NCBI GenBank assembly: GCA_030264375.1
Contig: JASCQW010000112.1
Location: 58,329,637 to 58,393,481, forward strand
Source: Carcharhinus longimanus
Taxonomy: Eukaryota
Direction: 5' to 3'
Length of the DNA: 63,845 nucleotides
This document shows, in pieces, positions 50,255 through 63,275 of this stretch. The translations under genes and the position numbers were made by a program. The notes under the pieces are model-generated. The model had not been told where the DNA came from and did not search any database. It saw only the letters and a program-made list of their open reading frames with translations. Each line of letters starts with the position of its first letter. The first letter of the stretch is position 1.

Positions 50255-50604
50255 GTGCTTGAATATTATCAGACTCTTGTACCATAGATCTCACTATGAG
50301 CTTTAGCAGTAGTGATATCATCTGTTCCCCACTGACTTCACATGGCCTCCGCTCTCTGCCCAAGACTGTGGCTCACACTGTACTTTGTGTCCACCTGCGC
50401 AGTTGCTCTTTACTGTGAGTCTATACAATGAGTGTCAGCAGAAGATTGAACTGTGGCGGCATCAGGTCATTGGCATAATCATCATCAACAGTCACAGGAT
50501 GGTGATAAGGAGAGCGTCCTTGTCTTATTTTCCCCACTTGTAGTGCCCTGCTCAGTACATGTTTTCAGTCCATCATGCCTGCATAGACCACAATCTGACC
50601 CAGG

Positions 50605-50813
50605 CCCTATCACTGTAATCCCACTGACACTAAGGGGCAATTCAGCATGGCCAATCAATCTAACCTGCATCTTTGGGCTGTGGAAGGAAACCAGAGCACC
50701 TGGAGAAAACCCATGCAGATATGGGGAAAATGCGCCAACTCCACAGACAGTGACCTGAATTGAACCTGGGTCCCTGGCACTGTGAAGCAACAGTGCTAGC
50801 CACCATGCCACCC
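50605..50813 (-). mobile_element. tRNA-derived SINE fragment
   Basis: gacactaaggggcaattcagcatggccaatc..ctgtgaagcaacagtgctagccac. Confidence 0.75.
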
Positions 50814-51318
50814 ATCTAAATATCTTTTGATCTTGGGGCAGTGAATATAATGTGCCTATTTTGCCATCTCTCCCTACCACACCCGGCAGGGAACTGGCAA
50901 CTAATGACACAGAAGAGCTTTCAATTTCTTTTGAGATAAACCAATGAGTTGCAGCCTACGTTTGTGAATGATCTGACTGAGCACAACATTCCTGGGCTGT
51001 ACACCCAATTTGACACAGATGGGCCTGATAGCCCCCCTGTTGGGATGGAGATTTCAAGACTCCATTTGGGTACACCCTGCGGCCCACTGCCCTGGGGAAA
51101 GGCTAAGGGNNNNNNNNNNNNNNNNNNNNNNNNNNNNNNNNNNNNNNNNNNNNNNNNNNNNNNNNNNNNNNNNNNNNNNNNNNNNNNNNNNNNNNNNNNN
51201 NNNNNNNNNCTGGGGAAAGGCTAAGGGGTGGTTCTGTAGGTGCATCTCCTGATTCTGCTGATGTGCAGGGAGCTCTGGTGTATGAATCATTAACATTTCC
51301 TTCTCTTTAACCTTGGAG

Positions 51319-51575
51319 GCCCTGAACTTCCAGCGAAGCATCGATGATGTGGAGAATTGGCTGAGTGAGGTGGAAAAGCAGCTGGATGATCCTGAAAAGG
51401 GAACAGACCTGGTGTCTGTGAAGAACCTTCTCAATAAGCAGCAAGATCTGGAAGAAGACATCAGCAGCTATGTAGAGAGGATGCAGGGTTTACTCGATCA
51501 GTCCGAGGAGTTTATCCGGGAAAATCATTTCCTGGCTGTGGAAATTCGAGACAGGGTCGGCAACGTACTCCAGAG
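51319..51575 (+). CDS. SPTBN5: SPTBN5 exon 18, phase 0/2, GAG acceptor
   Basis: ccttggag| ... |gtaaat; ALNFQRSIDDVENWLSEVEKQL...HFLAVEIRDRVGNVLQ(R); the 5' boundary could instead be 51334. Confidence 0.88.
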
Positions 51576-53053
51576 GTAAATGTAAAGATTCAGTGGCCTA
51601 TGTTGAGCCCTGCCAACTGGGAACAACCAATTTCAGTCCCAGGGCATCCCCAACTTCAGTCCCAAACCATTTCGCAACACTGTTTCAGTTCCAAGGTATT
51701 CCCAGGATATACGCAGCTTTAGTCAGGATACCATCCTGGCTTTAAATCTCCCAACATCTAAGTACATTTCATCAGAATGCAGTGATTCATCCACCCTGAA
51801 ATATTTCAGAACTAATCCTTTCCCCCAAAGAAATGATAGCAATATCTCTGACCAATGGTATCTCAACCTCCCTTCACATTGTCCCTTGTTCTAATGGGCA
51901 AATATGAAATGCAGCTGCATTTGATTAGATAGTCCTTGAGCCGTATCTGGCCTTACTTTAATTAGAACCCGTCATTTGCACGTAGCTTTCCCTGTGTGAC
52001 TAAGGATCAGCTTGCAGCTTATGTGATTTTTGACTCTTTCACTCTCTTCAAGCTCTTCAATGAGATAGATCCTAGTGCTCCTCCAATTCTGCCCTCTTGA
52101 GCTCCCTGCTCCTTTTGCCCACCATTAGTGGCTACTCCTTCAGCTACTAAGGCTCTGTAATTCCCTCCCCAAACCACTCTTCCACTCCACCTTTCGTTCT
52201 CTGAGATATTCCTTAAAGCTTAACTCTTTAACTTGTCCCAATATCTCCTTACATGACTTGGTGTCATATTTTGTTTGATAATACTCCTGTGAAGAGCCTT
52301 GAGATGTTTTACAGTGTTACAGATGCTATATAAATGCATGTTGTTGATCACTTTCCACCCTTCATATCTCCCTATCTCATCTTGACCGCACGTTCTATAT
52401 TCCTCAGGATTATCTTTAGATTTATGGGTCTGAATGTAATCATTCAATTTCTTTTCCATTTCAAATCCATTTTGAATCTTTGGGCAGGATTCTCTGATCT
52501 TGTTCTTTCCCTCCCCATTACCAGTGAGAATGGACAATTTAGTGCTCAGCTGAAGCAGCGTCGGAGATTCCCAGCCGTGGATGGGGCCAGAGGTTTCCAG
52601 TGTCTATTTCTCCATGGCTTACTGGGATGGGTGGTGGGAGGAATTGGGAGGGGAGGGCAATCTTTCCATTGGAGTCTCCTGATTAATTGATACTTCCTCA
52701 GTGTTTACATTGTCAATTCTGGAAAGTTACATGGACTGATGTGAGACACTGCACCCCAACATCACAACCCCCAGAGGAATCCAACCACCTTTATCATTAT
52801 TCTGTACTTCACTCATTTCACTTTTGAACATTTTCCCACTGACCCTTCAAGNNNNNNNNNNNNNNNNNNNNNNNNNNNNNNNNNNNNNNNNNNNNNNNNN
52901 NNNNNNNNNNNNNNNNNNNNNNNNNNNNNNNNNNNNNNNNNNNNNNNNNNNATCACATTGGCCCTCTTTTCATGAGCTCTGTTAGCTGTGTGGATCGCCT
53001 GAAGTGGATGTGACTTCCTTGGTTATGATGAGTATCTGTTGTCTGTTGCTCAG

Positions 53054-53240
53054 ATACCAGGCATTGAGAGATCCAATCAAGGACAGGCGTAGGAGACTGG
53101 AGGATAATACACGGCTTTATCAGCTGTTCCAGGATCTCGACGCTGGGCAGGCCTGGGTTCAGGAGAAGTTGCTGTTGGTTACAACCAAGGATGTTGGACA
53201 ATCGCTGAGTGCTGTACAGAGCTTGCAGAAGAAGCACCAG
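53054..53240 (+). CDS. SPTBN5: SPTBN5 exon 19, phase 2/0
   Basis: gctcag| ... |gtgagt; YQALRDPIKDRRRRLE...DVGQSLSAVQSLQKKHQ. Confidence 0.95.
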
Positions 53241-53352
53241 GTGAGTCACCTGAGGTAAAGATTTGTCCTGAGATGACGGTCAGTCCTGGGACAAGGGCAA
53301 GGCTCGTTTAAGAAGTAACCAGAGCATTTGTTGGATTTTGATTTTTGTGCAG

Positions 53353-53565
53353 GCTTTGGAGAATGAGATCAGCAACCATGATACCCTGATTAAAACTGTA
53401 ATGGAGACGGGACAGAATCTTGTTAAGGGCGGGCACATTGCTTCACGGGAGATTTCAAAGCGCCTGTGGGAGCTGAAGGATGCGGTGGAGACGCTGAAAG
53501 AGGAGACGGAGAATAGGAGCAAGTTACTAAGGGAAGAGCATGCAGCACAGCTCTTCTACTCTGAG
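53353..53565 (+). CDS. SPTBN5: SPTBN5 exon 20, phase 0/0
   Basis: gtgcag| ... |gtaggt; ALENEISNHDTLIKTVMETGQNLVKGGHIAS...AQLFYSE; follows a 112-nt intron. Confidence 0.95.
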
Positions 53566-53649
53566 GTAGGTGCTTGGTTATATCATTGAGAACTCATTGC
53601 CTCTCCTAGGGATCATCCCCTGACAGGTCTCAAACTAAAGGAAGAGCAA

Positions 53650-54880
53650 CTATAAGACCAATAAAACGCGTGCGCAGAAGTAGGCCATTTGACCCATCAA
53701 GTCTGCTCCCTTTCAATGGGATCATGCTTGATCTGAAATGATGACCCTTAACTCCGCTTTTTCTGCCTTATCCCCATAAGCCTTGTGTCCTTTAATGATT
53801 TAAATCAGTAAAAATAAGTTTATTTCAGCCTTGAACATACTTAATGACCCAGCCTCTACAGCCCTCTGCAGTAAAAAATGCCGCAGATTTACTACCCTCT
53901 GGGGGTAGAAATTCCCCCTCATTTCTGTATTAAATTGACAACTCTGAGATTATGCCCTCTGGTTGGCACAGTGGAACAGTGGTTAGCACTGCTGCCTCAC
54001 AGCATCAGGGACCTGGGTTCAATTACGGCCTCGGGTCACTGTGTGGAGTTTGCACATTCTCCCCGCGTCTGTGTGGGTTTCTTCTGGGTGCTCAGGTTTC
54101 CTCCCACAGTTCCAAGATATGCGGCTTAGGTTGATTGGCCATGCTAAATTGACTCTGGTATCAGAGGGATTAGCAGGGTAAGTATGTGGAGTTAAGGGAA
54201 TAGGACCTGGGTGGGATTGTGGTCAGTGCAGACTCGATGGGCCAAATGCTCTCCTACTGCACTGTAGGGATTCTATGATTCTATGGCCCTATAACAACCT
54301 CTCAACATATACCCTGTCAAGCCCCCTGAGAACCCAATGTGTCTCAATAAAGTCGCCTCTCATTCTTCCAACTCCAGTGATTACAGGCCCAATCCATTTA
54401 ACCTCTCCTCGTGTGATAATTCCTCCATATCTGGGATCAACCTAGTGAATCTTTTCTGGACTGCCTCCAATGCCAATATATCTCTTCTTCGATAAGGGGA
54501 CCAAAACTGTTCACAATATTCCAGTCTAGCAATGAAGAAATACATACTGGAAATCGCCGCCCTCATCCATGACTGGGATTCTCCAGGGCTGCTGCAGTGA
54601 ATGGCATTTTGGCTGTATGCCAAATTCTCCACTCTGCTTGTACAGCCTTAGCAAGACTTTCTCTTTTTATATTCCATTCCCTTCGAAGTAAAGGTCAACA
54701 TTCCATTTTCCTTCCTTAGTACTTGCTGAACTTGTATGCTAATTGTTTGTGATTTATGCACAAGGATCCCAAATCCCTCTGTACTGCAACTTTCTGCAGT
54801 CTTTCTCCATTTAAATAATATTCAGCTCATTTATTCTTCCTGCCAAAGTGTAGAACTTCACATTTTCCTACATTAGTGTT
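53650..54880 (-). mobile_element. CR1 3' fragment interrupted by a SINE
   Basis: LEYCEQFWSPYRRRDILALEAVQKRFTRLIPDMEELSHEERL. Confidence 0.8.
53964..54285 (+). mobile_element. Full-length tRNA-derived shark SINE (HE1/V-SINE-like) inserted in a CR1 fragment
   Basis: A box gtggttagcactgctgcctcacag, B box gggttcaatt, core gtgtggagtttgcacattctcccc, tail gggattctatgattctatg. Confidence 0.85.
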
Positions 54881-55348
54881 TAAATATTAGTAATTGTGAG
54901 AATCGGACTTCAGAGGGTAGACACCAAATAATAACTTGTGGTTAGCTCCATGTATGCGAGTTCATAATGCAGATCCAATTAGTTCTCTCCCTTTCTGATT
55001 TTCTGTATTCCCCTGCCATTCACTCGGCACTCTGACAGAGAGCTTACCTGTTGCTTTGCCCCTTTCAATGGCTTGCTGTTTGTTGCACGCTCTTATTATT
55101 CTTACCACCAGCTGTGCACAAGCCACTGTGACCCAGACAGTGATTAGTGCGGCAACTAAGTGCTTCCATTATCTGCACAGGTGACAGGAGGAAGGGGAGT
55201 TGGTGGTCAGGCCAAAGCTACCATATTGGCAAGGCAAGTCACTAAGACTGCAGCCTGGTTTTTATGATGAATGTGCCTGGTCTGTGTGTCTGTAATAATC
55301 TGAATCAGTAAATGCTCCACTCTTACTATTGATTTTGCTCACTTGCAG

Positions 55349-55545
55349 CTGTTGGAAGCTGAGTTATGGATGGAGGAGAGGAGACCACAGCTGGAGAGCT
55401 CAGATTATGGAAAGGACGAGGAATCCACACAGGTGCTGTTCCAGAAGCTGGACAACATTCAATTGGATCTGGTCAGTTACAAGTCCAGGATGCTCAAACT
55501 GAGGGAAACAGGGAATAATCTTTCCGCCATGAGCCATCCTGACAG
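55349..55545 (+). CDS. SPTBN5: SPTBN5 exon 21, phase 0/2
   Basis: ttgcag| ... |gtacat; LLEAELWMEERRPQLESSDYGKDEESTQVL...MSHPD(R). Confidence 0.95.
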
Positions 55546-57759
55546 GTACATCCCAGGAATTCTTTACAAGACCTTACAATGAAATAGAATTGAGGATACT
55601 GTTTTCCTCTTCCCACCTGTCCATAAACAGAAGGTGTTTTGAATTTGTTTTTGTTAGAATAAGCAGTGGCAATCCCTTGACTTTTGTGTGATCCAATTTT
55701 ACTAATATTCCCACACCAAATACAAGATAGGATTAACTCAGAAGGTTAATTTACATCTAAAACCCATGAGAAGGAATATCTGCAACTCCCCACTCCACAT
55801 TTAAACTGTAAAAAGAGGGATTGAGGAAAGGAGGTTTTATACTGCTAGGATCACTGAAAAAGTGAATATTGGGTCATATGAGTTCGAGTCCCAAAGCCAG
55901 CGTTGAATGAGGAAATCTTTCATATAGACATTCGATGATCGGAGGCTGCAGATCAGAGTTGTAAGGTGTACACTATCAGGTGGGATTGATACCACAAAAT
56001 AATGCAGGGATGATGTCAGCTCTATAGGTGATGATACAAAATCTTCCAGCAGAGACAGGTTAGGTGGGCTGATGGTCCTGCTTGGACAGAGCTTGCTTGA
56101 GTGTGGCCTGCCAGTTGGCTGTTAAATAGCAGACTGGCTGTACAACTCAGTAATTTTAAACTACTCAAAAGGCTGACATCTTAAATCATCTAACCTTTCT
56201 TCTCCAGTGATTTCAGCAAAGGGTGTTTATACAGTGTCTAGAATTTAGCTTTGTTTTCAGGACTGATAAGGTCTCAGCTATTATGGATTGAAAGGGGTGT
56301 TGTTTGTCTCAATAGACCTTCAGACTCCACAAGCAAGGCTGGCTTATCAAACGCAAATGGAATTCCTGTAGCTCCTTTTGTAATTGGTCTGTATCGCCTC
56401 AGATGGTCTGTTAAAAACTCCTTAGGCAGAACAAACTGTGACATCCCGGAAACTAAAAAAAAATCATATGTTCTGGTCACTGCTAGTGGATAATTTCCAG
56501 AGAGAGAGAGTCAACCATCTCAATTGTCTTAGTTCAGCAGAAAATTCAAGTATAATAATAACAAACAGTAATAAGGATAAAGTTTTAAAATATATTTCTG
56601 TTCTGTGCTGGAGAACGCCAACATTAGATTGGTAGTAAAGATTTGATTCAGATACAAGTGTGATGGGATCAAGTAATTATTTACCAAGTTGGTTATTGTA
56701 ATGTGAATACTAGTGATACTTGGTATAGGTAGGTGGAGTAACTAGTGGAGTACTGCATGTGTTAGTGCTGGGACCTCAGCTATTTGGAATCCATATTAAT
56801 GGCAGTCTGAATTTCTTCTGTCTTTAAAGAAAATGGCCTAGTAGTTATCTAATAGAAATATTTAAAATTATGCAAGGTTTAGATGTGAATGGATCCAGAG
56901 AGAATATACGGCATGGTGGTACAGTGATTGCATTGCTGCCTCACAGTGCCAGAGACACGGGTTCAACTCCGGCCATGGGTGGCTGTGTGGTGTTTGCATA
57001 TCTTCCTGCTGCAAAAAATTATTGCAAAGCCAGGAAATTAGCCTTAAAGCACTGTGACTTCTGGATAATATCTTCAGTCATCCCATTAACTTGAATGTTT
57101 TGTCTGATAACATCAGCATTGAAAATCTAAAGGTTACTATAGCTATGGGTCAAGGTGAAATCACTAGACATAAGGCATATTATTTAAGTAAGACATTAGC
57201 CCAGCTGATATGAGGGACTGGTGGAGAGGATGAGCTAACCGTCTGAGTTTTTGGCAGTATTTCAACATTATCCATGCCATTAAGTTCAACCATCACCATT
57301 AAATGCACTTTGATGCAAGCTTTGGTCAGAATGTGTGCATGATTTTTCCTGGGTTTACCTGCAGTGAAAATGCAGCTGATATAAATGGGATTGTTAACCT
57401 TTTACAAAGTGGGTTTTGATGAAGTTGATGCAGATGAAGAAGTTGTTGGAATCTCACAATGAAGCATTATCAGATGAAGATCTGATGCAATCAGAGTAGA
57501 TGAAAGCAAGTTTGCTGAGGGGGTGTTGATAATAATGGAGACAGTGAAGAAACAGAAGTAATTTGTCAAATTATATTGAAGCAATTAAGCAAGTTATTTA
57601 TTTTAGTTGATGACATGTGGTCTATCAGTCAAGCTATGGACCCCCATAGTAAATCACAGCTCCAGTATTTGCCAATTAATCCATTCAATGTTACACAGCA
57701 ATCTACAGAGAAAGGAGGAAATTTGCTAAGCCAATTTTCAAGAAAAGTCAATCAACAGG

Positions 57760-58067
57760 GGACGGCACAATGGTACAGTGGTCAGCGCTGCTGCCTCACA
57801 GTGCCAAGGACCTGCCTTCAATTTTCGGCTTGGGTCACTGTCTGTGTGCAGTTTTTCCCTTTGCCTGCATGGGTTTCCTTCAGGTGCTCCGGTTTCCTCC
57901 CACAGTCCAAAGGGTTAGGTTTATTGGCCATGCCAAGTTGCCACTTAGTGCCAGGCGAACTAGTCGAATAAAAATGCAGGATTATGGGGATAGAGCCTGG
58001 ATGGGATTGTAGTTGGTGCAGACTCAATGGGCTAAATTCCCTCCTTCTACACTGTAGGGATTCTATG
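57760..58067 (+). mobile_element. tRNA-derived SINE, same family
   Basis: Same head, core and ctgtagggattctatg tail. Confidence 0.8.
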
Positions 58068-58213
58068 AACTGCAAGCACCAGTGACTCTCCAACTGCTCT
58101 TTCAGTTAATGCTACTGAATTGGATCATGATAAGACTTCCACAGTTAATCTTTAATCTCCACCATACCTAGATGCTACTCAGACAATTTTCATAATATTT
58201 TGTTATTTATTTA

Positions 58214-58828
58214 AGGTCAGAATTTTACATTGCACAGGTGGGTGCATACCTGACCCAGAAGCACGTGAAATCGAGCTAGAAAACTTTAGGCATGCATCGC
58301 TATGTCATCACACGCATGAGCAATATCTCAGTTGGGCGTATGCAGGAGACAGAAGCTTGCCCAATAACAATCAAGCAGGAGTTGTAGCTCATTAAGGGGA
58401 TAATTGAACATAATTTTACATACCTGTCTACTTTTACAGTTGGCAGACAGACTGATTGACTAGGTGGCCATCATGTTTCAGCTTCAACCTCAATCCAGGG
58501 TGGAATGAAATGTCAGGGCAGAAATAAAATTTAAAATGTTATCTGGGAACTAAAGTTTGTGTTTGGATGTGCTACCTGGACACTTTTTGCAGTGTTTTTC
58601 CATTATCATTGATCTTTTATAGGTCCACAGCTCGCTGAGTCAGCTCTGCATTGGCTGTCCCCCTGAGGGAGCTCATTAGAAATGCCAGCCCACACTCTCA
58701 GGACCTGCGCTCTTCCCACCCTCCCTGGCAGAGCTTAGTCTTTTCCAGTCCACGTTTCACACTGGTTGCTCATTAATTGGCAGTTAATCACCAAGTGTGT
58801 GCACCCAATGGGAGAAGAATTCAGGCCC
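58214..58828. mobile_element. Degenerate TIR element
   Basis: AGGTCAGAATTTT ... AAGAATTCAGGCCC; TSD not clear. Confidence 0.45.
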
Positions 58829-58949
58829 AAGTGTTTCTACATTTAATCAATAAATCAAATGGATAAAAACAAGTTTCTAAGCTAAAAATTACAGGAACTT
58901 GTTAGGTGTGTTGAATAAGGATTATCTGTATGTGTATTGGAGGCAGTAC

Positions 58950-59252
58950 AGCGTAAATTCATTCCATTGGCTCCTTAAATGAAGAGATTGTCCTAATAAG
59001 AGGTTGAGTAAGTTGGGCCTATACTCTTTGGAGTTTAGGAGAATGAGCAGTGATCTGATTGAAACATAAAGACTGTAAAGCAGCTTGTTAGGATAGACAC
59101 AGAGGTTGTTTCACCTGGTTGGGGAATCTAGAACACAGGAGCACAGTCTCAGAAGAAGAGGTGATTATTTTAAGTTACGTTTAATTGTATTGGATGGTGG
59201 AACAGGCTTAACAGGCCTTCTGGTCTACTCCTCCTATTTCTTATGTTCTTAT
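58950..59252 (+). mobile_element. Degenerate CR1 3' end
   Basis: ggaggcagtacagcg..tggagtttaggagaatgag..tcctatttcttatgttcttatg tail. Confidence 0.65.
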
Positions 59253-59343
59253 GATGAATGTTGGTGAATTACCAGACTGAATCCGGTACGGTGAGTGCTG
59301 GTGTTATTTACCAGATTTCTGGTTGCTCCAATCTCCTTTGCAG

Positions 59344-59548
59344 GCACATGATTTTGAAGCGGCTGCAGGATGTGGAGACTGAGTATGAGGCGCTCCTGCG
59401 GTTAGCAGAAACTCGACACAAGAAGCTGGTGGACCAATGCCAACTCTATCACTTTGAACGAGAGATACAGGAGATGGTAACATGGCTGTCCAGTAAGCAG
59501 CGCCTGGCAGATTCCCAGGACTATGGACAAGATCTGGAAGATGTGGAG
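59344..59548 (+). CDS. SPTBN5: SPTBN5 exon 22, phase 2/0
   Basis: ttgcag| ... |gtaaaa; HMILKRLQDVETEY...WLSSKQRLADSQDYGQDLEDVE. Confidence 0.95.
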
Positions 59549-60024
59549 GTAAAAAGTGGAGCACTTTCTAATCCTGTTCAGCCCTGATAATAGAACTGCA
59601 AACATTTGAGACCACAAAACCATTGATGTTTATAATAGTTCTTACTGAAGATACCAGGGTGGGGGATGGTGACGGTGGTGAGGGGATGGAATAGACAGTG
59701 GATAACCTCAAGAAGATTGAAGGTGGAGTTAGGAGAGATGTTTTCTCAGAGAGGGTTGTTAGAACTGGAAATGCTTTCCGAGGGAATAGGATAGGGATAA
59801 GGAAAAGTAATATAAAAGTATGATGAATTAATCTCCAGTCTCTCACTGTGGTGAACACTTTGTGAGCACAAGTGTTAAAAACAATTGATAGTGGTTTTCA
59901 ATGCAGGGTTCTGGAAGTGGTGTGATGTGAACATAAGGAAGAGCTCTGTTTCTAATGATGATGTCTCTGAGACCTAAATTTTCATAGTTTAACTAGAAGT
60001 AAAACCAAGGGCTAGAATTTCAAT

Positions 60025-60228
60025 AAAAAGTCTGACAACACCAGGTTTTAGTCCAACCNNNNNNNNNNNNNNNNNNNNNNNNNNNNNNNNNNNNNNNNNN
60101 NNNNNNNNNNNNNNNNNNNNNNNNNNNNNNNNNNNNNNNNNNNNNNNNNNNNNNNNNNGACTAAAACCTGGTGTTGTCAGACTTTTTACTGTGTTTACGC
60201 CAGTCCAACGCCGGCATACCCACATCAT
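60025..60228. mobile_element. Penelope-like repeat family B, inverted pair around an N gap; other copies at 6308-6378 and 14546-14633
   Basis: aaaagtctgacaacaccaggttttagtcc / gactaaaacctggtgttgtcagactttt. Confidence 0.65.
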
Positions 60229-60325
60229 GACTAGAATTTCAATACAGACTGGTGGATGTCAAGAGGGGTTGTCTGATACCATGCCTTCCCAGATACTGAG
60301 CCTTCTGTGTTTCCTTCATCCTCAG

Positions 60326-60520
60326 CTGTTGCAGAAGAAGTTTGAAAACTTGGAACAGGAGTTAAGTACCCTGGGTCAGCACAAAATGTCCACATTTCAT
60401 GAGCTGGTGAAGTCACTGAGAAGACAGTCTCACAGCTTCATGACAGAGATTATGGATCAAGCCAATGAGGTGAACCAGCAGTGGGACACACTGCAGCAAG
60501 CTGTCAGAAATCGAGCAGAG
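60326..60520 (+). CDS. SPTBN5: SPTBN5 exon 23, phase 0/0
   Basis: cctcag| ... |gtgagg; LLQKKFENLEQELSTLGQHK...QWDTLQQAVRNRAE. Confidence 0.94.
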
Positions 60521-63275
60521 GTGAGGGGCTGTCGGGTGAGGGATTGGATTAAGAAATTTGAATACATTCCTGTTGGATAGAATGCCCTGATAGTGAGTGT
60601 GTCTGCATGGGGGTGTAAGTGTGAATTTAATCTGTCATGGTAAGCGTGCCTGGATGTGAATTCAGACCCTGATAATAAACGTGTTAGGGTATGAGTGTGA
60701 GTTCAGTCCCTGTTGTTGGACTGCTTTCCCGCTCTATCTTTTTCATTACTGTACTTTAAACACAGTTATTAGTTATAACAACCACAGAATCATATCTTTG
60801 TCTTTAACAAGCTCATGTTACATAATCCAATATGAATACTCAGTAAATGGTACAACATAATTTTATATGATTCTACTGAGTTCACAATTCTCTACAAGAG
60901 TTCAGTTTCCACACTTCACAATTCTAGCCTGGCTGCAGCAAGCACTAGCTTACTGAAAGCACTTATACCACCAATTCTACTTCTGATCTCTATCTTGCAT
61001 GCATCCCAACACATATATAAAAAATTGTGTACTTCAGATAACAGAGTCAAGAAGATGCACTTAAGTTTATCTCAATCTCTCCAAGTGATTCTGTCACTAT
61101 GGCTGTTATGGCTCACTTAAGCTCTTCAGTCACTTTATTACTATAAACTGTGACCAAACATTCTCAACCCTTAAGACATGGATGAATGACCTGCTTCACA
61201 AAGCATCATTATTCAGCTGATTTGAAAGCTGTTTAAATGTACAGTGTGTTAATCCCACACACTACCTTGAGACGTTAAGATACATGGGTCATGTGAACCC
61301 GCATCCTACACCAGATAGTAAGTGTCTCTGGATGTGTGTGTGAGAATTTCCCCACATCCACCAGAAAGATTCTCAGTCAGTTATAATTCCCAACACCTGA
61401 TGTAAACCACTGGTTTTCCTCCAATCCATTCCTTCTAACCTGGAGACAATCCTATTCTGCCAGCCCCAGAGGAAAGTAAAATCAAAATATAGAAATGCAC
61501 CTTGTTGGATTGGGCCTGGTCTGTGATCCACCTCCCAGAGGGTTGCCCAGTGAGTTACACTTTGTTTCTTCTTCCTGAGATCACTGCTAAAATTGCAGTC
61601 GATCCCAATGATATCACTGAGATCCTCCATCCAATAGATAAAGAGGATCCTGCTAGCTTTGGGCAGCTGTATTTGTTGCCTGTTCCATTGAAATGGTTAA
61701 AAAGGTGGTTTGTCAGCTCCTGTGAAGATAAGTAACTTGGGAATATTTTATAGTTACCCAGCAACTAGGTTATTCACCAAGCAGTTTAAGTTAAAATTGT
61801 CACCATTGGTTGATTATAAGGGGACAATGGGATGCATCAGTCAGAGAGAACTGCAACAAGTTAATCTCATGTCATTGACCTCAATTACTGGCGAGGTTGG
61901 GAAGATCTCATTAACCATCTGTATCAAGAGCCCCTCCAAAGCCTCTGGCAAGAGGTACTGAAATTCTGGTCTGCAGTCCCTTTTGATGGTGTATTGGGTG
62001 ACTACAGTTCCTGGTATGATGTTTGTTACACAAGTGACTTTCACAACCTCAGAACATCCCACAGTACTTGACAACCATTGAAGGGAATTTGAAATGTAGT
62101 CGTTCTAGGAAGTGCAACAGCTAATTTGCACACATCAGGATCTCACAAACAACAATGTGATGATGGTCAGATAATCTGTTATGGTGACGTTGTTTGAGTG
62201 ATAAATATTGGCCACCAGGAGAACTTCCCTGCTCCTCTTCGATCTTTTACATTCCTCCAAGGGGGCTGACAAGCACTTGGCTTAATGTCTCATTGAAAGA
62301 CAGATAATTACATGTTCTCTGCTGAACCAGCCAACTTCAAGTGGATCAAGAGGCAAGGAAATAATCATAAAGTAAAACTGAAAATGCCAGAAACATTTAG
62401 CAGAAAGAGATCAGCTTGAATTTATATAGAGTCTCTCAGCACAACCAATTAATTACTTTCCAAAGCATGATCACTTTTGTTTTATGGGCAATCTGCCCAC
62501 AGGAAGATCCCACACAAAGCACGAAAACATCCGTGACTAGTTACTGTGTCTCTGTGGTGTAGATTGAGAGAGAAAACACTGCAAAAACTCTAATCGTGCC
62601 ATGCATTCAATAAATATTGCCTTACATTGGTGGGACCAACTGACAGAAAGACTGGAATTATCTAGCCACTCACACACGGCCACTACTGCCAGACAGGATG
62701 GAGAATTTGACGCTCAGCCAAATTTCCATTAACTGCAGCAGGACTGGACAATCCTGCTGGTGTGAACAGCTGGAGAATCCCACCCAAACTGTTCAATATC
62801 CTTTGAAAAGGAGAGCACCTCCTCTGACAGCGCAACACTCGCTCATTACTGCTCTGGAGTTTCAGCCTGAATCACATGTCCTGAAGTGGGGCTTGAACAT
62901 ACGAGCCTCTGAATGGGAGAAATAAATTGGGAAGCCTGTTATTATTGTCAGTCTGTGAAGCACAAATGGACAGAGCATCATGTTCAATTGTGATGCTCTC
63001 CATAATGCAGCTTGAAACAGACAGCAGATGGTCACCAGCAAGTTTCAAATGTGAAGGTTAGCTTGCTTGAGAGATGTTAATCTGAGATTGAACCTAATAC
63101 CAATCAGGTGAGGAAGGGGAGAAATGAATGGAGTCAGGGATGAAATGGCGATTGTAGTCTTTATCCTCTGTTATTCTGCTTGCTCCACAATGGTGAGATG
63201 GCAGCTTTTAGTAAGGGATTGGATAATTGGGTGGAAGGGACTGCAATTTTACCTGAGTCTGCATCCTCTCTCCAG

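Noticed and set aside
53964-54035. tRNA gene-like A/B boxes
   Set aside because: They are the head of a multicopy SINE and continue into SINE core and tail
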